Shown piece by piece: positions 1-8,460 of a stretch of 11,049 nucleotides of DNA (position 1 is its first letter; each line of letters opens with the position of its first letter). The stretch is taken from NCBI RefSeq assembly GCF_000150275.1, contig NW_002060980.1:289270-300318 (forward strand), given 5' to 3'. This stretch comes from Trichoplax adhaerens (lineage: Eukaryota > Animalia > Placozoa). Below the pieces are notes generated by a model. The model had not been told where the DNA came from and ran no database searches. It worked only from the letters and a program-made list of their open reading frames with translations. Made by a program: the position numbers and the translations under genes.

Positions 1-484
1 AACTTCTCCTTACTGGTAGCCCATGAAGTTTTTCAATCGATTGATAAGATCAATGTTGAATATTCATAGTGCATACACAGTATTTGATGAAACACAAGGT
101 TTCAATTTACTAGGTTTGTATAGATTGGCATTGCCTATCACATACAACCACATCGTAAGCGATTTGCATCGCGATTGATGCATACAACTGTGTTCGATCG
201 AAATGATCTTACAGCAATTGTATAGATTACAGTCACATAGCCTTAGTCTAGCAGTAATGAGACAAGATTGTTCGATTTACTGCCTTACTAATGGCTTATA
301 TCAACTGACTGTCGATGATAGAGATTTGTTCGACCAATTGACCCAGTGAATTAGACTGGTATATGATCAAAACGCTATTGGAGTATTTTTTCCGATTTCG
401 AATTTTACTCCTCATATAAACAGTCGAAAACGGCTAAGATAAACCGGATAATCGGTCTTAGAAATTTCCTTAACAATTGTTTCT

Positions 485-494
485 CGCATGCGCA
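485..494. promoter_or_regulatory. NRF1-type motif CGCATGCGCA, candidate promoter element
   Basis: Near-consensus NRF1 palindrome (GCGCATGCGC) in AT-rich DNA, followed 40 bp later by a consensus splice donor AAG|GTGAGT. Motif only; no transcript evidence. Confidence 0.3.
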
Positions 495-533
495 GTATCA
501 ATTTTGATTGTTAGGGAGGGTTACGGCGATAAG

Positions 534-674
534 GTGAGTGGGATTTATACCAATATAATACTGTAGATTAGAATTATTAACAATACAATGTACGATAGTA
601 CATTCTGTACGGAACTTTAAGCTTACCTGATAGAGTAAATTCTATTTATGATCGTTACTCATATTGCTTTTCAG
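534..674 (+). other. candidate intron of a plus-strand, possibly non-coding, transcript
   Basis: Donor AAG|GTGAGT at 534 and acceptor TTGCTTTTCAG| ending at 674. The 141-bp length is near the size range of the MULE introns in this window. No flanking ORF found. Confidence 0.25.
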
Positions 675-780
675 AAAGGATAAGTTTGTTATCCTCTACC
701 AATAGTCACTGCAATAGTATAATTATCTTTAATTCACACTTAATATAATTGTTTCTGTAAATATAAGTAATTGCGTTTCA

Positions 781-903
781 TCAGTCTTCATCTGGGATTC
801 TCGAATAGCTGTGTTCCCGACCGAGTCTAGATTTTATTATTATCAACAGTACTCCAATAACAGTAAAAATAGTAGTGAGACCTAACAGGATTAACAATCT
901 TTG
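781..903 (-). pseudogene. C-terminal segment of a type I membrane protein-like sequence (TM helix plus YxxPhi tail); possible terminal exon or decayed gene
   Basis: Minus-strand frame reads QRLLILLGLTTIFTVIGVLLIIIKSRLGREHSYSRIPDED*: 21 apolar residues, basic stop-transfer KSR, YSRI motif and an acidic end. It is preceded by a possible acceptor (CATCTTTAG|) and, in another frame, a Ser/Thr/Asn-rich stretch (NDSELVATNMNLTYSTQSTTS). Confidence 0.4.
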
Positions 904-2555
904 CTAAAGATGTAGTAGACTGTGTTGAATACGTTAGATTCATGTTAGTTGCCACAAGCTCTGAATCGTTAACATTAATTGCCGTTGTTTGAAGAAATAC
1001 TGTTAGATGTGTTATTAACGAGAAGAATTTCAGTGTATCATAGAGATTTACATAAATTTATATATCTATTTTACATATTGTAAACTTTATGCTGCAATAC
1101 TGTGTCATACTGTACACTGCAGTCAACTTAGAAATACGTAAATGGATCTCTACATTTATCCACTGATCTCCAATTTCTCTTGTAATAGTGGAATAACATT
1201 TTTCTACAGATTAAAGTATTATATTATCTAGAAGTATTATTACGGATGTATTCTGTAGCCAAAAATTATGTTTGTGTAGATCAATAATCAATGGTTATAC
1301 TTCAAACAGATTGTTAGTCTTCATAAACGGTTACTGTTCATTGTCGTCTGACACTTGATCATGTTGCGACTTGGTAAAGTTCTACCAGCCTACTCGCACG
1401 TGCTGGTATTATAGAGCATAGACATCAAAGCGCACTCGTTACACGTAACTGAGTTTATTCTAACTCTTCATCCTATTTATGTGCAAATCCTATTATCTAC
1501 GCATACTCTATATTGAGCATGTCATATAGCCTGATACAGTAATATAATGCGATACCAATACGTATATTGACTGTACAGTGTACAACCATGTCCCAGTACA
1601 ACAAATACAGTACCAGTGGTATCTTATCGTTCTCGCAATATAGAAGTTATGCAAACGTAACAGATCATTACAGTCAATATATGGTAGATTATATATGAAT
1701 TCCTGTTGGGATATAATAATTAAGAAAGTCTAGACTTGTAGATCCGTCGAATATATCTAATTTATTTAGTTAGGAAATTAGAAGCTATCAAAAACTTTAT
1801 GATCTCCATACAGTAGGCCTCTCTCTGCTTTTTGTGTGTTGATTTAGCTTACAGAAGCCTTAAATACTCTATTTTATGCGGGCATACTGAAATACAAATT
1901 ACTAATTTAAGACAATTGAACTATATAAAGAATTACATCTAAATCTTGATAATTAATACTAACATTAGTCTTTGCATTAGCAATAAATACCTGGAAAGAA
2001 ATGAGATTCTACTTGACTCGACTAATCGACTCGAAATCTTATAGTAAGCTGAAGAGCCTTTCGATAATTTAGATAATAGAACTTTATTTCCCTTCGTAAA
2101 AAGGATTAAGTTAAGTTACAAACTCTAATAGCTACTAAGTCCCCTTATATACCTACTGTAGGCTAAGTCTTGTCGTAACATCGCCTGTCCTGTAAACTAC
2201 TGCTTGTTACCTTGTAGTGTACGCGCCATAGAACGTGGCGAATCCTAGATATCGTACAATACTATTTACGGCTTATCTACATCTTATCTACTGTACTAGA
2301 TTAAGATCACATGCTACAAATGTTCACGTGCATTAGGACATGTTATTAAAGTTATGTTCGTACTAGAGCTGATCCGTTGTCACAGTTCTTACGTCTGGTT
2401 AACGTGTGTATTATATCGCGCTTGGCATGTACTCCCAATAAAGTAGACTAAAAGGAAAGCTTAAAGTCTCAGATTCTTGATCTCGTTACAGTCTCACCTG
2501 TGTAACTCCATATTTATCCAAATTCCAAATTATATAATTTTCTATAGAATATACT

Positions 2556-2990
2556 TGTAATATTGTGATCTGCATCAGAATTAGATATTTTTAGATTTAA
2601 TGTTAGCGCTATGTTAGATCGGTCGCGATACCGTTGTTTAGCCGTATTGATTGGATTCAGATTGGTTACACCGCAAGCCGAGGATTACCTACTTAGCGGG
2701 AGGTGAAACGGTGAGCCCAGGGGCGATCCTGATTGGCTCTGACAGGACGAAAGAAAGGTACGTGAGGCGAGGATCGTATGGGAATTTTTGTGTTAGAGAT
2801 TTGTCTAAGGTATGTTGACAAACAACTCAGACCTAAATAGCATAAAAGGGTCTTAGAACAATGAGATGTAAACAGCGACAATAATTCCCCTAAAAATAAA
2901 TAATAAATAAATAAATCCCCGAAATAAAGTATGGGAACCTCGAAGGCAGGCAGGATCATTAAGTTAATATATATATATCGATAGACTACA
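2556..2990 (+). mobile_element. diverged LTR-like element related to the main solo-LTR family
   Basis: Starts TGTAAT and ends ACTACA. Shares blocks with LTR 3197-3727 in the same order: CTATGTTAG, TATTGATT, GTATGGGAATTTTTGTGTTAGAGATTTG (2776-2803) vs GTATAGGGAAAATTGTGATAGAGTTTTG (3478-3505), and AGTTAATATA near the end. Has three ATTGG (CCAAT) boxes, CATAAAA and AATAAA. No matching TSD, so boundaries are approximate. Confidence 0.45.
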
Positions 2991-3196
2991 CATAGTTTCT
3001 AAACTCTATATAAACAGTATAGTTTCTTATTAGCCGCTTCATTATCGAAGTATTTATATATACGGTATAAAAATTTATATCCTCAATTTATTATAATATT
3101 TATAGCTGATACTATGAACTGTAAGTCAGAAAGGCTTTACATCAAAAATTTCTAACTATGCTAGTGAGCATTTTAGATCGTATAGTTATTGGTACT

Positions 3197-3727
3197 TGTA
3201 ACGGTGTAATATCGAATTGTCTCTAGTTATATGGAACATTGTGGAACATGGTGTCAGTTTCTCCTATGTTAGCGCGATATACGCTATTGATTATCTATTG
3301 GTGGGAATCGGAAAGACGTAACGGTGTTAATAGGCCTCTTGGCGAGAAGCGCAGATGGAAGTCCTAGAAGATTGACTATTGGTCGAGAAGCTGAGGAACA
3401 AGGTTCGAGGCGATATAAACAAGACGCGGATCATGTTAAAGGGCTCCTATACTGTAGCCGTTACGATATACTATTTTGTATAGGGAAAATTGTGATAGAG
3501 TTTTGATGTAAATATTTACATCAAAGATAGATATATAAGGAGGCTAATGTAATTGTAGAGCTAGATTCATAGGTTAGCTCGGAGAAGTCATAGTGGATAT
3601 TCTTTTGATATTATATCTGTAGTTTCTAATGCCTGTATTTTAACATCGTAATAAAGCTTATTATATAAACGGAGTCTTACTCATTCTTGTAAGTCGATTG
3701 TAGTTAATATAGGGAAGTAGTATTACA
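3197..3727 (+). mobile_element. solo LTR of an LTR retrotransposon (copy 1, 531 bp)
   Basis: TGTAA...TTACA termini and a perfect 5-bp target-site duplication GTACT (3192-3196 / 3728-3732). Contains ATTGG boxes, TATATAA (3532-3538) and AATAAA (3650-3655) in U3-R-U5 order. Three more copies occur in the window. No adjacent PBS, PPT or gag-pol. Confidence 0.9.
3502..3538 (+). promoter_or_regulatory. LTR core promoter: perfect 24-bp palindrome TTTGATGTAAATATTTACATCAAA followed by TATA box
   Basis: Palindrome at 3502-3525 is identical at 7831-7854 and 10827-10850. TATATAA starts 7 bp after its end. Confidence 0.6.
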
Positions 3728-4171
3728 GTACTAAAACAAGATTCAAGATCATAATAAAATTATTTAATTTTATGATTAATTCATCACATTATTTATCAGT
3801 ACTTTGAAAAGTTAGTGAGTCTGTCTCTTAAAATTGATGCACCTAATCTAGCAGACTATTCGATAATCGAATTTAATAAAGAATATAACATAGATAATTC
3901 TCCGGTAAGAGATCAGTTAAATATTTACACGAATGAAGAATATAACAATTTGTACAGGATAAATCGCCTTGATAACAACGACTATAACCATGGAGTGAAC
4001 TAAATAGAAATAATAACCCTAATGAATTACAACCAGTAACAACGCGCATTTGTGCGTGCGCTGTCAATAATGTCATTTCCTTCATTATCAAAGTTTTCGT
4101 ACGCAGTTTTTATGTCACTGTTGTTAGTGTTATTGCCTTCGTACGTGCTATTTTTACCGCCACCGCTTGAG

Positions 4172-4197
4172 CCTTCTGGGCCACCGTACCACCTTAA
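4172..4197 (-). mobile_element. candidate nested DNA-transposon termini: TTAA|GGTGGTA (Kolobok-like) interrupted at its TA by a CGGTGGCCC... end
   Basis: Minus strand reads TTAA GGTGG TA CGGTGGCCCAGAAGG. TTAA followed by RR fits Kolobok ends; TA|CGG fits a TA-targeting element. Partner ends were not found in the window. Confidence 0.3.
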
Positions 4198-4199
4198 TG

Positions 4200-4227
4200 T
4201 ACTGTACAGTACTGTACAGTGTACAGT
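4200..4227. repeat. run of TACTG/TACAG pentamers interpreted as stacked Tc1/mariner excision footprints
   Basis: Sequence is TACTG TACAG TACTG TACAG TG TACAG T. Each pentamer is the 5-bp addition left when a CAG...CTG-ended element excises from a TA site. Confidence 0.6.
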
Positions 4228-4559
4228 CAGAGTTGTACTGATTGCTTCTTCTTTTAATTCGAATGCCTATTACTTGTTTATATATATTTACTATATCGCT
4301 CAATACCGGTCATCCAAATGTTCTATAATTACCACGAGTCAATCCTGTACATACGATCTAAGACCGTCCTTTCTTTTATTTTAGTAGTCCCCATAAGTCA
4401 ATCTATACATAGACCTAAGATCTTACTAGTACTATATTTATTTAGTAGCCGGTAAGTCAGTCACACTTTTATACTCGTATAGCCATAGTGATCCATCTTT
4501 CTCACTTACTACGCAGTTACTATTTTGAGATGGCGTTGCTCTTATCTTCTCTAAATCGT

Positions 4560-6654
4560 TTAACTGGCGTTTACGTAAGAAGGCAAAGTATTTATCTATC
4601 TATACACGTAAAACGACGTCAATCAGGGCATCGATTCGTCGGTTGACTTTCCTTTAAAAATACTTCGTTTTCAACATGTTGTGAAAGCTACAGTATAAAA
4701 CGGCTTTCTGAAGTTACTTCTAAGATTGAAAGTGACTTAAAATAACATTTTAAATTGAGAAAATACATGATAGATTCAAACTCAGTACTTACCCTCAATG
4801 TACTTGTTAGTATCTGTATCGTTATAGAAAAAATCACGATAGCATTTTGCCCATTTTTCTTGTAGCAATGTAAGAAATTTGAAAAAATATTAGACGTATG
4901 ATCTTGTAGTTAAAGGTGCAAAATCAAATTTGTGAACTGACTTCAACCTTACCAATTTTCATATTTTCCAAAATATTTAATAAATTCTGGTTCTCTACTA
5001 CACCAAGTTGAAATAAAGTAATTAAGATACTGGTTAAATTTTTGCACCCCGCTCGTCAGGTAAATGCACAAAACATAATAAATTTCTGGTTGGCTTTCTA
5101 TGGAAACGGGACTTGAATGGTTCTTCCAAGTACTATGCAATCAAAATTTCAATTACTGTATAAGTATGATAATAAAACATAACGATTTATATCGTAAAGA
5201 GATCGATCTTAGCTATTCTTGCCGTTGTGCGTGCCAATGGCAAAGGATATGTTTGATGTTTTCCCCGTAAACTTTCTTTGCCGCATTCCATCTCAAATTA
5301 TCTTATGGAACAAATATAAAATTGACGTTAATTTGTGGTACAAATCGAAGATACTTAAGATAACAGCTCATATGTATTATCCTTCTAGGGTTCTCTACCA
5401 TCGCCCAGTATTACAACCGAGACCCTTATCGATGGTGATCTAATTCGTATATTTCGTTAGAAAATCTCAATTATTAAAGATATTTCTTATTTCGAGATAC
5501 AACAACCTACTGGTAATCTTATTATGACAGTAAATACTTAATAACTAGTACATATTTGTACTAAAGCCTATAGTTTAATTAAGAACGTACTACATTGGTT
5601 TAGCTTTAGCTTTAGTTTTGCATACCTTGTCGAAATTCATCTATGATCATGCAGGTAATAAGTTTAAAATTATATGCGTTCGTGTAATGGGTCGAATCTA
5701 TGCCCAGCATATTACATAAATATTCAAAAGAGGCTATTTGAGGTTTAATCTGAACAATACAATCAAAACAAAAAAGTAGTGACTTCATATCTCCGTGTTG
5801 TGGAAAAAATTTAATTTGGAATTTCGTTTGCAATAACAATGCAAAGGAATCTTTGTGCAGGAAAGGAAATTCTGCTAAAGCTACACCTAGTGGCTTACAA
5901 ATCAGAATAGGATCATGAGCTTCTGTTCGAAATTTTTCAATCATGACATCGTATCATTCTTGTGATTTATCTTCAAATAGTTGTAGCTCTTAGTTTAGAT
6001 ATTTCTTATGTCTTGTAGCCGCATCCTGCACCTGTGAACTATTCACCCTATGGTCTATGTTTTCTCCGATATCTTAAAAATAAAATATTTACGACAATTA
6101 AATAGCATCTAATATTTACAATTTACTTATGTTATTCACTTACGATCCAATATTCTTTCGATGATTACACTTTGGCTTTTAATGCACGCAATTGCATTTT
6201 TAGTACGGTACTTGCCGGTAGCATTAGAAAAGCAATTTCTGCGCTATTCGGTACATGATTTGTATGGATAGATATATAAGTAATATCTGTACTAACATTC
6301 AAAATATTTTTTTTGCGTATATTCGGGATAAACAGAGGTCTCCCAATTTTTATGACGGCTTCTGTCTTAATCTTCTTCGGCTGAGATAGCTCACAGTTGG
6401 AGTTACGACGATAACTACCTCTGCGCTAACAACAAAAGTAATGCATAGCAGATATATCGGTATAAAAATAATGCATTCCTTGTAATTAAGAACGTAAAAG
6501 ATTGGTTAGCAAATCTATCAATACCTTTAGAAGTCGGGCAATAAGTTTTCTGATTTTTCACATACATACTATAAGTCCTTCGAAGCTTCCTCTGGCTCTT
6601 TCCAGTTTGAAAAATCAGCCATGGAATCAAATTTTAGTTGTCTTACCTAATAAC
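4560..6654 (-). pseudogene. spliced Mutator-like (MULE) DDE transposase pseudogene
   Basis: Exons reconstructed by hand. 6654-6525: FDSMADFSNWKEPEE..TYSMYVK. About 6460-6144: HYFCC*RRGSY..S*KLGDLCLSRI..YISIHTNH..LPAS..IERILD, a WRKY/GCM1-like Zn finger. 6072-5626: QDIRNI..HKNDTMS..DSFALLLQTKFQ..GIDSTHYTNAYNFKLITCMIIDEFRQG, first catalytic D. 5518-5399: LPVGCCIS..VILGD, second D. 5301-5223: WNAAKKVYGENIKHILCHWH, CxxH motif. 5132-4953: TWKNH..EPEFIKYF. 4858-4793: KWAKCYR..TDTNKYIE, catalytic E. 4687 to about 4560: FHNMLKTKYF*RKVNRRIDAL. Mostly GT-AG introns; many stops and frameshifts. TIRs not identified. Confidence 0.9.
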
Positions 6655-6980
6655 CTACATTTAAGTATTTAAATACCCGTACAGTTGTGGTATTTAGTAC
6701 TTTCTGATACAGCTGTAATGTCACCATGTAATTTTGTATTCTGATATTTTGTACAATGGGAATGATTAACACACGTGAGTGTAAATTGTATTCAGGCATT
6801 AGGCTGCCTGTAATTTTCACCCTTAATAGCTGTAGGTGAAGACTCTGTTTACTGGGTACTTACTTGTTGTGCTAGTAGAAATATTAGAACCTAATGTGTG
6901 ACTTGTTTTGTGTGAATGTTAATGTCTAGTTACGATTTATATGGACTTTTGAGACTTAGACCTTATAGTAGAGTAATACT

Positions 6981-7168
6981 TGTGACACAGAGAAAACAAC
7001 GTAGCTATATAAGTAGATTAGGATATTGCTAGAATTCTAGAAGCCTAGAAGACTTAGGAAATAGGATAGGAACCCATTGAAAGTGGGAGAAGATATCTTA
7101 CGATCTAGTTTTGTCGTAAATAATTACTTATGCTACTTAATAATATTTATTGTTGATCGTGTATTACA
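6981..7168 (+). mobile_element. possible short solo LTR of another family
   Basis: TGTGACA...GTATTACA ends (the last 8 nt equal the main LTR end) with TATATAAG near the start. Left flank is ATACT; right flank is A(CTG)TACT, a match only if a 3-bp insertion is allowed. Single copy. Confidence 0.25.
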
Positions 7169-7621
7169 ACTGTACTAAGTTGGGTCGTTAATGGATTTCT
7201 ATTCATGACTGTGTAGGTTTAATTTATTTAATATAGGAATTATAGAGTTAAAATTAAGATGGCGAATGTTGCACGAATAGTGTAAGCTCGTAGGTAGTAG
7301 TTAATATTTAGACGCTTAATTTAACAAATAATGCACTATAGTAACCATGTACAATTCGCTGTACATGTATAGTAAGCTATTAGTTTTGTTAGCTTCTTAC
7401 TTTGAAGATTGCACCTGTTGGCTTAAGAAAGTATATAAGTCCGTTCTTTTATTAATTTAAGTTAGTTGCTGTATTTGATCTATCAGTAATGTCCACTATT
7501 AAATAAAAAGTCAACTCAGAACTATTTTTTATGCTCATTCTGCGTTTAGCTCGTTTACAGTCTTAGAACTACGTTATTATATGCTACGCTATATTTGTTA
7601 GATTGTACGATGTAATACTAT

Positions 7622-8147
7622 TGTAATACTACTTCCCTATATTAACTACAATCGACTTACAAGAATGAGTAAGACTCGGTTAATATAAAAAGTTTATTAC
7701 GATGTTAAAATACAGGCATTTAAAACTTCAGATATAATATCAAAAGAATATCTACTATATCTTCTTCAAGCTAACCTATGAATGAATCTATCTACCTCTA
7801 CAATTATATTAGCCTCCTTATATATCTATCTTTGATGTAAATATTTACATCAAAACTCTATCACAATTTTCCCTATACAAAATAGTATATCGTAACGGCT
7901 ACAGTATAGAAGCCCTTTAACATGATCCGCGTCTTGTTTATATCGCCTCGAACCTTGTTCCTCAGCTCCTCGACCAATAGTCAATCTTCTAGGACTTCCA
8001 CCTGCGCCTCTCGCCAAGAGGCCCATTAACACCGCTACATCTTTCCGATTCCCACCAATAGATAATCAATAGCATATATAGCGCTAACATAGGAGGAACT
8101 GACACCATGTTCCACACAACTAGAGACAATTTAATATTACCGTTACA
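7622..8147 (-). mobile_element. solo LTR (copy 2, 526 bp, inverted)
   Basis: Reverse complement aligns end to end with 3197-3727. Right flank GTAAT (8148-8152) recurs at 7612-7616, 5 bp away from the left end. Confidence 0.9.
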
Positions 8148-8260
8148 GTAATCTTAGGAGAAACTATCATCATCGCCAATTACATCGAATAGGTAGATTA
8201 GGTGATATTGACTCCATAGCAACAATCGATGATTTTGTAATGTGCGAATACAGTAGTTTT

Positions 8261-8418
8261 TACCCATATCTAGCAATAAATGTCATTTATACCTTTACTA
8301 AAATATCTAATACGAAAATAATGTTGCTATACTTATTGAGTAGTCCATGGCTCTACAGTGTACTATACCAATATCTAGCAATAAATTTCATTTATACCTT
8401 TACTAAAATATCTGGTAC
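8261..8418 (+). repeat. 53-bp direct repeat pair (8261-8313 and 8366-8418)
   Basis: 49 of 53 positions identical, offset 105 bp. Confidence 0.85.
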
Positions 8419-8429
8419 ATTATCGTAAA

Positions 8430-8460
8430 CCGTCAGTAAAGCGACGGGAGTTTTTACTAG
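8430..8460 (+). mobile_element. probable Helitron 3' terminus
   Basis: GC-rich hairpin CCGTC-agtaaagc-GACGG (8430-8447), a 9-nt spacer, CTAG (8457-8460), then T. This is the canonical Helitron 3' signature. The 5' end is not fixed. Confidence 0.5.

Noticed and set aside
387-406. TTTTTCCGATTTCGAATT similarity to 8593-8609
   Set aside because: Only about 17 bp of low-complexity match with no extension on either side.
2161-2350. Cys-rich peptides (SCRNIACPVNYCLLPC; ITCYKCSRALGH) as a gag zinc knuckle
   Set aside because: Spacing does not fit CX2CX4HX4C, frames are short and closed by stops, and no other gag or pol motif is nearby.
3324-3506. 60-aa ORF present in three copies (also 7850-8032 and 10649-10831) as a real small gene
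   Set aside because: It lies in the U3 region upstream of the LTR TATA box and starts with GTG. Copy 1 vs copy 3 shows 5 nonsynonymous and 4 synonymous changes, too few to show selection; retention is explained by recent common ancestry.
2693-4384. ORFs 2693-2959, 3815-4003, 3873-4091 and 4052-4384
   Set aside because: No recognisable domains; they run through LTR-like DNA, AT-rich tracts or footprint runs, and several use non-ATG starts.
5219-5443. 74-aa plus-strand ORF
   Set aside because: Antisense shadow of MULE exons and an intron.
3197-8147. Inverted 525-bp repeats as the TIRs of the MULE element
   Set aside because: Copy 1 has its own perfect 5-bp TSD on both sides, TG..CA ends and LTR signals. 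Further copies occur independently, and no 9-10 bp TSD flanks the pair.
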